Assembly: GCA_963729625.1 (NCBI GenBank)
Contig: CAVSOU010000008.1
Location: 96,001 to 160,000, forward strand
From: an uncultured bacterium
GTDB taxonomy: Bacteria > Chloroflexota > UBA5177 > JANWHV01
Direction of reading: 5' to 3'
Length of the DNA stretch: 64,000 nucleotides
Below, in pieces: positions 1 through 8,971 of this stretch; within the stretch, counting starts at the first letter, position 1; the number at the start of each line of letters is the position of its first letter. A program made the position numbers and the translations under genes. The notes under the pieces were generated by a model, which had not been told where the DNA came from, ran no database searches, and saw nothing but the letters and a program-made list of their open reading frames with translations.

Positions 1-1071
1 GTATTCGTGCGTGATGACCCTGAAGCCCTGGGCTGCAAACGTGGCGATGACGGCAGCAGGGTCGGGAAAGAGATCCGGCTGGAAGAGGAGGTGCCCAACG
101 CCACGGTTCCATCCCAGCGCGTCGCCATAGGAGGACAGGAAGATGATGCCGTCGCAGGGAATACGCTTCTCGCGCAGGGTCTGCGGTAGCCGCCGGAGTT
201 CCGCTGCATCCTCGAAATGGCGCGTCGACTGCAGGTACCCTAACGCCCAGCGCGGCGGCATCGGAGCGCTGCCAAGCAGTTCGGCCACGGCTTTCACGGT
301 GCCACGTAAATCTCCGCCTTCTATGAAGTACCAGTCGAGCTGCTCCCCTGATCCGGAAAAGGTAAGCTGCGTATCCCGGTCGCAGCTGCCGAGCGACAGG
401 CTCGCATCGCCGATACTGTCGAAGAACAGCCCGTAGCCGCGGCTGGACAAGAGAATCGGCATGCCTATGTCCGAACCGGGCCCGTGGCCTATGTGGTTGT
501 TCCACAGCCGGCGGTTGTCGCCAAGCCGGTCAAACTGCTTGCCGCCTTGGCCCAGACCATAGCAGTGCTGCTCGCCGGTCAGCTCAAGCACCGTGGTGAT
601 GCGTGTGTGAGCCGGCGGCCGGCAGCCGGTCGAATCTGCCGCCACAGCGCGCTCGACCGCGCCGTCGACAATCGTTTCGACCCTCACTCCGTCCGCCAGA
701 TTAGCCCCGAGTGCGACGACACCGTGCCTATCAGCGAACGTCAGACCCAGCGGATCCGTTTGAATCTTGAGGGACATAATTCCAGTGTCCACCACGAATG
801 TCGAGAAAGGCACGGTTCCTTCGTGCGGCGCCTGCGCCTCGCCGGCTGAAGCGGGCGCCTCACCAGCCGCGGAGCTCACGCGAAGATCCGGCTGTGGCCA
901 TGAGTCCGACGAGCGTGCGGTGCAGGTGGGACTGATGGCGCCATCCGCGCTCAGCAGTCGAACGCAGACAATGCTCGGCGTGCAGAAGGTAATCGCGATG
1001 CGCCACGTGGACGTGGCAATCTCAAACCGCGCCCCGTCGCGCGTCGTGCGCACGCCATTCCCCTTGGTCAC
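1..1071 (-). CDS. Glycoside hydrolase family 31 (alpha-glucosidase/xylosidase-like), runs off the window start
   Basis: Manual translation (absent from the ORF track): GTG at 1071 after AGAAAGG, open to base 1. Motifs CYGLGQ, IGMPILLSSRGYGLFFD, LDWYFI, PMPPRWALGYLQS, IPCDGI and LFPDP are typical of the GH31 N-terminal domain and the start of the barrel. Confidence 0.85.
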   Translation of the reverse strand, partial: MTKGNGVRTTRDGARFEIATSTWRIAITFCTPSIVCVRLLSADGAISPTCTARSSDSWPQPDLRVSSAAGEAPASAGEAQAPHEGTVPFSTFVVDTGIMSLKIQTDPLGLTFADRHGVVALGANLADGVRVETIVDGAVERAVAADSTGCRPPAHTRITTVLELTGEQHCYGLGQGGKQFDRLGDNRRLWNNHIGHGPGSDIGMPILLSSRGYGLFFDSIGDASLSLGSCDRDTQLTFSGSGEQLDWYFIEGGDLRGTVKAVAELLGSAPMPPRWALGYLQSTRHFEDAAELRRLPQTLREKRIPCDGIIFLSSYGDALGWNRGVGHLLFQPDLFPDPAAVIATFAAQGFRVITHEY

Positions 1072-1193
1072 CGCGGCGACCTTTCTTGCCCCTTTCGATT
1101 GCACATCCCGGCGTCGAGGTGGCAGGCGCGCCGGAGCGTCCGGGTTGGTCGGCATTACCGGAAGACGCTACAGTCGTGCTGCTCGGCCGAACG

Positions 1194-2991
1194 CTACATC
1201 CTTTCCGACATGCTCCCCGCGCGTACGGGGAAGTACACCGTGTAGCGTTCGTCGACTATCTCGTGCAGCGGGATGAAGCGGAAGTCGAGTCGCTGATTGA
1301 TGGTCCTGTAGCCCGCCTTCCAGTTCGCCCACTCGCGCTCATTGTGCGGCGCCAGCATGGTCTCCGCATCATGCGGATCGCCTCGCAAGGCACGTGCGTC
1401 GTCACAGAGCCCGGCCAGAACGACCGGGCCGTCCATGAATGCCACGCGCGAAGGATCGTCCGGTAGCGGATCGCACGTCAGGCCTTTCGGCAGCGTGATC
1501 GAGATGCGCGCCTCATCCCAGGTGCGCCGGATCGAGTACAAGCTCGAGGGAGCAAATGGACCTCGTTCGGGCACGCCGTTCACCGTGATCTCCGGAGTAC
1601 CTCGCAGCCACCACGGCAGGCGGACCTTCAGGGTGAAGTCAGCCGGCTGCGTACAGGAAATCGCCAGATCGAAGGCCAGTGACCGCGGCCTGTTGGCCTC
1701 TCCACGTTGCTCGTTTGCGGTTTGGCGGATTCTCGCCGTGACGCCGTCGCGTCGCCAGGTGAGCTCACTCGGCGTGAGCTGGCTGATTATCAGGCCGTCG
1801 TCGTCCTCGAAGTACAGGCTGCGCTCGTTGACGGTATGCGCCTCCAGCATGGTTCCGTGGCAACACCAGAAGTCCTCGGTGGGCGAACCCCACTGCTTCG
1901 CGGACCCGGCCTGCAGCGGCAGCCAGTAGGCGATCATGCCCGTCTGCGAGTTCTGCTGGGCTACGATGCCATTCCAGAGATTGCGTTCCCAGTAGTCGGC
2001 ATAGGAGATGTCACCCGTCCATCGCAAGAGCCAGTCGGCCAGGCGCATCATGTTATAGACGGTGCAATGCTCCTGCGTCTTCTCGCCAAGCCGCGCCGCC
2101 AGTGCGTGAGGCGCGCGACCAGATCTCGCCGTTCGTCTGGCCGCCGGTGCAGTAGTATCCACGCGCCTCGACGGCGCAATGCCAGTACGCCTCCACGATG
2201 GCGCGCCAGCGTTCGTCGCCAGTGACCTCCCAGGCCCGCGCGGCGCCATGTGCCTCGGGAATAGTCGTATTGGCATGCATGTTGGTAAGCGGATCTTCGC
2301 CGTCAAGCAAGCGATTGAACAATCGCGGTCGGTCGTAGCGCTGCAACAGGTCCAGGTGCTCCTGTTTCCCGGTGACGCCGTAGAGATTCGCCCATACCTC
2401 GAGCATGCCGCCTGTCTCGACGTCCAGTATGGTATCCATCTCCTCACGCGAGAACTGCCCGGTCCAGCGATGAAACCACTTTGCCCACTTCGCGACAATC
2501 GCCAGGGCCTGATCGCTGCCGGCAAGTGCATGCATTTCCTGAAGTCCCATGAGCGTCTTGTGCAGGGTATAGTGCGGCGCCCACACCTCCTTGCCCCGCG
2601 CGACCCAATCCAGGTACGTGGCAGGAATCGAGCCGACCCACTCGCCGCCGTTTTCTCGCTGGCAGCGGTCGAGCTCGGCGACGATGTGGTCTGCTTTCCC
2701 CTTGATCTCGAGATCGCCGGTCGCGGCATAGCGCTTGGCCGCGGCGGACAGCCAGTGTCCAAGGAAGTGCCCGCGCAACTGGCACGTCGGAGACTCCCAG
2801 CCACCGTGGCAGTCGAGTGGCTTGAGGCGCGGGGCCCACAGGCCTGCCTCCATGTAGTGATTCTGGAGCAAGTTCTCGCTCTTCAGGCCGACCATGTAAG
2901 CGCGGCTCAGATCGGCCCTTCGCCGAAGCTCGCCTGGTAAGAGCCGCACGCTGCCCCAAGGCATCGGACGAAAGGTGTCCTGCCTCATCAT
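1194..2991 (-). CDS. GH127/GH146-type beta-L-arabinofuranosidase-like protein, frameshifted near 2110-2120
   Basis: N-half (ORF 2053..2991) has GGWESP..LRGHFLGHWLSA, WAPHYTLHK and HANTTIP. C-half (ORF 1194..2804 frame) has EHCTVYNM and FWCCHGT (Cys/Glu Zn site). The halves join at GEIWS/PHALAARLG with one extra base. Confidence 0.85.
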
Positions 2992-3007
2992 TCACTCCTC
3001 CTGCGGC

Positions 3008-3904
3008 TCAGCCCTTGAGCGAGCCTGACGTCAAGCCTTGCACGATAAGCCGCTGGAACATCAGCACGAGTGCCACGATAGGCAGCGACGTCACTTCAGA
3101 CGCAGCAGTCAATTCGCCCCACGGGACGTTGTGGATGCCGCCGAAGTAGTAGATGGCCACGGGCACCGTGTACATGTTCGGTTGGCTCATGAACGTAAAG
3201 GCGAACAGGAACTCGTTCCAGCCGCCGATAAAGATGAGCAGGCCGGCGGTGACGAGAGCCGGCGCCGAGAGCGGCAGGATCACGCGCACGAGCGACTGCA
3301 GCGCCGTGCACCCATCCACCTCAGCCTGTTCGGAAAGCTCCGCGGGAATTTCTCTGAAGAAGTTGGTCAGCACCCAGATCGCGAACGGCAGTGAGAATGT
3401 GACGTAGGGGATGAAATACCCCCAATAGGTATCGGTGAGGTGCAGGTCTCGCTCGAAGATGAAGAGCGAGGATACCAGGGCGATGGCCGGGAACGTGACC
3501 ATGACGATGACGAGAACCAGGATTGTCCGCTTCGCCGGCAAGGGCAGTCGGGCCAGTGAATAGGCGGCAAGCGTCCCCAGCAGCATGGCGATGAACGTGG
3601 AGGTGGTCGCGACGATCACGCTGTTGATGATGGCCTGCCCAAAGTGGTACAGGGGAGTAAAGACGTTGTAGTAGTGGCTAAAATCAAGCCGGCTGGGAGC
3701 CCACATGATCGGGCTGTGCTCGATCTCAGAATCCGGCTTCAGGGAGGTGACAGTCTGCCAGTAGAAAGGGAACAGGAAGAAAAGCAGAAAGAACAGATTG
3801 AGGATCCAGAGCAGTGTGAGCCGCACGACCCTGCGTCTGTTCGAGCGCCTGCTTCCGGTCGGTAGATCTGTGCCGCTGGCGGCGTGTCCGGCAAGTGTGG
3901 CCAT
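3008..3904 (-). CDS. Carbohydrate ABC transporter permease (MalG-like)
   Basis: Multiple TM helices, EAA-type loop FFREIPAELSEQAEVDG, WNEFLFA, C-terminal QGLTSGSLKG. Confidence 0.93.
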   Translation of the reverse strand: MATLAGHAASGTDLPTGSRRSNRRRVVRLTLLWILNLFFLLFFLFPFYWQTVTSLKPDSEIEHSPIMWAPSRLDFSHYYNVFTPLYHFGQAIINSVIVATTSTFIAMLLGTLAAYSLARLPLPAKRTILVLVIVMVTFPAIALVSSLFIFERDLHLTDTYWGYFIPYVTFSLPFAIWVLTNFFREIPAELSEQAEVDGCTALQSLVRVILPLSAPALVTAGLLIFIGGWNEFLFAFTFMSQPNMYTVPVAIYYFGGIHNVPWGELTAASEVTSLPIVALVLMFQRLIVQGLTSGSLKG

Positions 3905-3917
3905 CTCTTCCCTCCCC

Positions 3918-4883
3918 TCAGGCTTGCTCGATAGTCAACTGGCGAGCGTAGACCGCGGCCATGACGAAACAGATCAGTGCGAGTATCACTGCCAGCGCGC
4001 TGCCTCGCCCGAAGTTGACATAGGAGAAGAGTGTGCGATAGGCGTGCAGCGACAGGAGCTCGGTATCGGTCCCGGGTCCGCCGTGGGTCAGGACATAGGC
4101 AAGGTCGAACGTCTGGAACGCGGTAATGGTGCGGAAGAGGAGCGCGATGACAATGCTGCCTCGCAGGAGGGGTAGCGTGATATGTATGAAGCGCTGCGGG
4201 GCATTCGCCCCGTCGACGCGCGCCGACTCGTAGAGGTCCGAGGGGATGCTCTGCAGGCCGGCCAGCAGGAGTAAGGCGATGAATGGAGTGTTCTTCCAAA
4301 CATCGGTGATGATCAACGCCGGCATGGCCCAGGTGTCGCTGGCCAGTACGTCGAATGTCGGACCGATGAGGTGGAGGCCCCTGAGCAGCGCTGTGATCGG
4401 ACCATACTCGACGTCATACATGAATTGAAAGAGGCGGGCCGTGATCACCACCGGAATTGCCCAGGGAACGAGCATGGCCGCGCGCATCAGGCCCCTGCCG
4501 CGGAACGATTCGTTCACGACCAGGGCCACAATCAGGCCTAGGATGAGCTCGGAAACGACGCTGCCCACGGTGAAATACGCGGACACGCCCAGGGAGCTCC
4601 AGAAATCCTGCTGTTGTAGCAAGAAGGTGAAGTTCTTCAAGCCGATAAACGGCTGACCGAGGAAAGGCATGTCCAGCCGGTCCGTAGTCATGCTGATATA
4701 GACCGTTCGCCCGGCCGGATAGCCCAGGACGCCGACCAGCGCAACGACCGACGGCAGGAACAGCAGCCAGGCGAGCTGGCGGCGGCTGAGACCGTAACTG
4801 CGCGTGCGTCTCCACCAGCTCAGCTGGGTGCCGCGCGCATGCGTGTCCGTCACTCTGGCTGGTGGTGCTCCATTGTCAGCCAT
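3918..4883 (-). CDS. Carbohydrate ABC transporter permease (MalF-like)
   Basis: FIGLKNF, LAGLQSIPSDLYESARVDGA (EAA motif), THGGPG. Confidence 0.93.
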   Translation of the reverse strand: MADNGAPPARVTDTHARGTQLSWWRRTRSYGLSRRQLAWLLFLPSVVALVGVLGYPAGRTVYISMTTDRLDMPFLGQPFIGLKNFTFLLQQQDFWSSLGVSAYFTVGSVVSELILGLIVALVVNESFRGRGLMRAAMLVPWAIPVVITARLFQFMYDVEYGPITALLRGLHLIGPTFDVLASDTWAMPALIITDVWKNTPFIALLLLAGLQSIPSDLYESARVDGANAPQRFIHITLPLLRGSIVIALLFRTITAFQTFDLAYVLTHGGPGTDTELLSLHAYRTLFSYVNFGRGSALAVILALICFVMAAVYARQLTIEQA

Positions 4884-5002
4884 GCACTCCTCCTCCGCGC
4901 AGTCTCCGCAGGGGCATTCTGCGGTGATGATGGCGGTCGACCGCCATCATCACCGCGTGCTGGTCCACTCAAGAACAGGACGACGCTGCCGTCCTGTGGG
5001 GA

Positions 5003-6322
5003 TTACGCTCCGGCCAGGATAGCCTCGATCTTGCCCTGGGCGTCCTTGAGCGCCTGCTGAGCCGACTTCTTGCCGATCAGGGCGTTGGTGATTTCCTGCT
5101 CAGCCACGGTGGACATGTTTGTCCAGAACGGCGTCTTGGGCCGCGATCGCTCCGTCTTGGCCTGCTCGGCCAGAATCGGGAACGAGGGATACTTGGCAAC
5201 GACAGCCGGATCGCTGTTCGCCGCAATGATCGCCGGGCTCCAGCTGCTATGGAGGGTCTTGAAGACCTCCATCTTGTAGCTGCCAAGGAAGGTGGCGAGC
5301 TCCATAGCCTCTTTGACGTGGTTGCTGTAGGCGTTGACCACGTACTGCCAGCCACCGGCGCAGGTGGCGGAAGTGCCGCCCGCGAAGTGCGGCGTGGTTG
5401 ACACGCCGGTCTTGCCCTTCAGGGCCGGGTTCGACTCGGCGAACCCATACGCATAGTTCCAGTTGCGGTGGTAGATTGCCTTGCCGGTACTGTACAGGGC
5501 TCGGCCGGCGTCAAGCTCCATGGTGACGATACCCGGTTGCGTCACCTTGTCGTTCTTGAGGCTCATCATCATCTCAAGGGCCTGGAGGTTCTGCGGGCTG
5601 TTCAACACCACGGCGCCGGTCTTGTCGTCGAGGAAGTTGCCTCCGGCGCTCCAGGAGTACTCCATGAAGTTGCAGATCAGCTGCTGGCCCTGCTGATAGC
5701 AGCCCACGAACGGGATCATCGAGGGGTATTTCTTGGCGAGCATCACGCCCTGGTCGTGCAGCTCCTGCCAGGTGACGGCCGGCTTGAGGCCCTCGGCGTC
5801 CAGGATGTCCTTGCGGTAGAACAGGTGCCCGGTGTCGAGCATCCAGGGAACACCGTAGATGTGCGATCCGATGGTATCGGCCCAGATCATACCCGGGGCA
5901 TAGGCCTTCTGCGCTGAGACCGGGAAGACGCTGTCGAGCGGCGCGGCCCAGCCGGCGGGCGCCCATTGGGCCTGCCAGATCACGTCGGAATCGAAGATGT
6001 CGACCGAGCCGTCGTGCGCGGACATGACCGTGACCATCTTGTCATGGCCGAGATTCGCTTCACCCGAAGGCTGGGAGATGTACTTGGCAGTGATGCCGGG
6101 GTGCGTCGCGTTGAACTGGGCCAGGCACTGCTGCTGCGCAGTCGCGAACGGGGCGGGATTATTGTTCAGGCCCATGTAGGTGAGGGTGATGCCGCCGGCC
6201 GCCTCGGTTTTGCGAGGAGAGAAGTCGAGGGCTGCTCCGGCGAGCGCCGCGCCCGCACCGATCTTTGCACCGGTGGCGAGGAAATCGCGCCGGGACATGC
6301 CGCCAGTTTGGCTCTTGCTCAT
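5003..6322 (-). CDS. Sugar ABC transporter substrate-binding protein with Tat signal
   Basis: SRRDFL twin-arginine signal with AxA cleavage site; DIFDSDVIW, YGVPW..DTGHLFYRKD and RNWNYAY are SBP family 1 motifs; first gene of the operon. Confidence 0.92.
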   Translation of the reverse strand: MSKSQTGGMSRRDFLATGAKIGAGAALAGAALDFSPRKTEAAGGITLTYMGLNNNPAPFATAQQQCLAQFNATHPGITAKYISQPSGEANLGHDKMVTVMSAHDGSVDIFDSDVIWQAQWAPAGWAAPLDSVFPVSAQKAYAPGMIWADTIGSHIYGVPWMLDTGHLFYRKDILDAEGLKPAVTWQELHDQGVMLAKKYPSMIPFVGCYQQGQQLICNFMEYSWSAGGNFLDDKTGAVVLNSPQNLQALEMMMSLKNDKVTQPGIVTMELDAGRALYSTGKAIYHRNWNYAYGFAESNPALKGKTGVSTTPHFAGGTSATCAGGWQYVVNAYSNHVKEAMELATFLGSYKMEVFKTLHSSWSPAIIAANSDPAVVAKYPSFPILAEQAKTERSRPKTPFWTNMSTVAEQEITNALIGKKSAQQALKDAQGKIEAILAGA

Positions 6323-6742
6323 TCGATTGTTCTCCTGTCTTCAACCCGTCAGACTTGCCAAAAATGACAGTGACTCGAGTACTGTTCCACCATGACTATG
6401 GACACACACCACCTCGCCAGGCGGCTGGAAGTACGGACTAACGTTCGTCAGCGCCCGGGCATCTTGTCACCCGCTTACAGATCGCCTCCTTTCATGGTCT
6501 GGTGGCGAGGCTGAGGTACGGCCTGGCGCCTCGAGTGGTATGGCTGAGGGCAATGACGGCCGCGCACCGAGTCGCCAACACAATCCGCTCGACCGGTCGT
6601 GCCCGCAAGGCAGTGAACGATCGATTCGACACAAGGCAACTGCGGCATGCGTCCCTTTGCCCTCATTGACCGTCGACAGAGACGGTGTCTGTCGCCACGA
6701 GAGAGTAACCGTGCCACGAGCCTTACGGCTGGGGCTGGCGGT

Positions 6743-6771
6743 AGTATATGCCTATCTACACGTGTTGTCAA
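6743..6771 (-). promoter_or_regulatory. Sigma70-type promoter for the sugar ABC/GH operon
   Basis: Minus strand TTGACA (6771-6766), 17-bp spacer, TATACT (6748-6743). Confidence 0.8.
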
Positions 6772-6782
6772 CACGTGTAGAT
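6754..6782. promoter_or_regulatory. Candidate LacI-family operator (perfect 14-1-14 inverted repeat)
   Basis: ATCTACACGTGTTG-T-CAACACGTGTAGAT; two ACACGTGT cores with central CG; overlaps the -35 box; divergent lacI-family gene is adjacent. Confidence 0.75.
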
Positions 6783-7183
6783 GAGCGTATACTTGGATTT
6801 GCGCATGGTGCCGGCGACCCCAGGGGTCGGAACCGACGTGCTGCATGCAGGGCTACTGGTGCTCGGATCCTGAGTAAAGGCGCGCGGCTGGCACGATAGA
6901 GTCTCTGCCGCGCCCCGCATGCACGAAGCAGGATGCTGCCATTCAACGGCCGGGGCCCGGTCACTGCGAAAAGTGCCTGGGCCATCACTCCAGCGGAGCC
7001 GGCCAGGCAGCGCACTGTAACGGTGGGACTCTGGTGGAACGTCATCCGGCACGGCGCCGCGGAGAGCAGGCCATCAATGGTAGCCGCGAAACCGTGCGAT
7101 ACGCGGGACAATCGGTTCCGAGATCGGATACGCGTCCGGACCCGGGAATCGTCGGTGCAGCAGCGACAGTAATGGAGCGGCCA

Positions 7184-8218
7184 ATGCCTGGGAAGAAACG
7201 TGCTACCCGGCTGGATGTGGCGAAGCTCGCGTGCGTATCTCCAGCTGTGGTCTCGTATGTGATCAACAGCGGTCCTCGAGCCACGTCTCCAGAGGCGCGC
7301 CAACGGGTGCTGGCAGCAATCGAAGCGCTGTCGTATCATCCCAGCGCTTCGGCGCGCGATCTGCGCATGCAGCGCACGCGCACGATAGCGTTCATCTACT
7401 ACGACTATCATCCGCGCTACTCCTTTGTCTCGCCCTATATCGCAGGGTTGCTCACCGGCCTGAGCTCGGCGCTGCAAGAGCAACACCACTATATGCTCCC
7501 GTACTGGGTGGGGACGGGAGAGGACCTTGGCGGCTTTCACGAGCTGCTCCATAGCGGACGAGTAGACGGTATCGTGCTCCGCCTGGCGCAGGATCCACCG
7601 GTTACGGACGACGTGCTGGAGACTGTGGCGTCCGCCGGCATCCCGTGTGTGATCATCGAGCGTCCGGGCGCGGAGCGTTTCGGCGTGAGTGCCGTGACCT
7701 ACGATGACGAAAGTGCGGCATTCGAGGCCACTTCGTACCTGATCGAGAAAGGACACCGTCGCATAGCGCACCTGCGTGGGGACTCCCATCAGGTGTCGTC
7801 TACGCACCGCGCCAGTGGCTATAAGCGTGCCCTCGCAGTGGCATCGTTGCCTATATGCGACACACTCATCCAGGGCGGCGGCTGGACCTCATCGTGTGGC
7901 ATCGAGGGGATGCGCTCACTGCTTGCGCTTGACTGCCCTCCAACGGCGGTTTTCGCGGCCAACGACCAATTGGCGCTTGGCGCAATCGACCTGCTGCGCG
8001 ACAGGGGCCGGCGTATTCCGGATGATGTCGCCGTGGTCGGATTTGACGACATACCACTTGCCCAGGAACTGCTGCTGCCGCTCACGACGGTGCGGATCCC
8101 GTTAGCCGAGCTGGGCCGCCGCGCCGCGGCGCTCATCCTGCGTACGGTGCAGGCGAACGGCGGCGAGTGCATCATCGAGACCGTACCGGTCGAGCTCATA
8201 CGGAGAGCGACCGCTTAG
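7184..8218 (+). CDS. LacI-family transcriptional regulator
   Basis: ATRLDVAKLACVSPAVVSYVIN HTH; PTAVFAANDQLALG; DVAVVGFDD; LTTVR. Start chosen at the ATG after GGAG. Confidence 0.95.
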   Translation: MPGKKRATRLDVAKLACVSPAVVSYVINSGPRATSPEARQRVLAAIEALSYHPSASARDLRMQRTRTIAFIYYDYHPRYSFVSPYIAGLLTGLSSALQEQHHYMLPYWVGTGEDLGGFHELLHSGRVDGIVLRLAQDPPVTDDVLETVASAGIPCVIIERPGAERFGVSAVTYDDESAAFEATSYLIEKGHRRIAHLRGDSHQVSSTHRASGYKRALAVASLPICDTLIQGGGWTSSCGIEGMRSLLALDCPPTAVFAANDQLALGAIDLLRDRGRRIPDDVAVVGFDDIPLAQELLLPLTTVRIPLAELGRRAAALILRTVQANGGECIIETVPVELIRRATA

Positions 8219-8362
8219 CGCCGGATCAGTCCTACGAAGTCACCCGGGAAGGCACTAGCACGCCGAAATCGTCAGGCCAACCGCAGGCAAGCAGGGATAG
8301 GCTACTCATCGGGGTCTGCCGCCTCCAGGACAGGCAGCTGGCGCGTGGTGCAACGTCAGTGA

Positions 8363-8872
8363 TCACAGCTGGCGCGGGACCGGCGTGGCGTCCAGCCATT
8401 GCGCCTCGTAGCAGGGCCGGTGCTCGCCACAGGCAGAGGCGGGCTCCCCAAGTAGCCGCACGCGGAAACGCGCCGGCACCAACAGGGGCACGGCCGGAGG
8501 TCGCGGCAGGAGCTGGCCGATGACCGGCAGATCGCTCAGGAAACCCACGGGCTGCTGTGATGCGCTGCGCACGAGAGGAAGCGGCGCGGCACCGGCGTCT
8601 GCTGGGCCGGGAGCCAGCACAAGGGGGCGATCGGCACAGTACCACGCCTGCCCGGTCCCACCCCACCAGGGACAGGGTTCGGCCAGGCCCTGTACCACGA
8701 CCGTTCGGCCCTCCCACTCCGCCGGACGCGCGTTCAAGCGATCACGCACCTGTGCTACGGTATACACTTGGCTTGCGCGGGCATGCGATCCCATCAACAC
8801 GACACCGGCGCCCGCGATCCCAAATAGACTGCCGGCAGCGGCCAGACACAATACGATCTTGTTCGTGCGCAT
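8363..8872 (-). CDS. Hypothetical exported or membrane-anchored protein
   Basis: GGAGG SD before ATG; hydrophobic N-terminal segment; PAEWEGRTVVVQG is reminiscent of OB-fold-like small proteins; paired Cys. Confidence 0.65.
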   Translation of the reverse strand: MRTNKIVLCLAAAGSLFGIAGAGVVLMGSHARASQVYTVAQVRDRLNARPAEWEGRTVVVQGLAEPCPWWGGTGQAWYCADRPLVLAPGPADAGAAPLPLVRSASQQPVGFLSDLPVIGQLLPRPPAVPLLVPARFRVRLLGEPASACGEHRPCYEAQWLDATPVPRQL

Positions 8873-8971
8873 TGGAGCCTCCGTACCATCAACTCTAGCA
8901 GCGACGATGTATTTAGCAACATAGTGGTTGGTTTATTGACGTCAACCGTCACTTCGAAAGGGTTGTTCGCC

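Noticed and set aside
1194-2804. 536-aa ORF as a stand-alone gene
   Set aside because: Its first ~230 aa are an off-frame read of the GH127 N-half; only the part after about 2110 is real coding sequence.
6630-6670. GGGCAAAGGGACGCA...GTTGCC on the minus strand, faintly like a c-di-GMP-I riboswitch
   Set aside because: The P2 stem with GNRA loop and the P3 stem are missing; too short to support the call.
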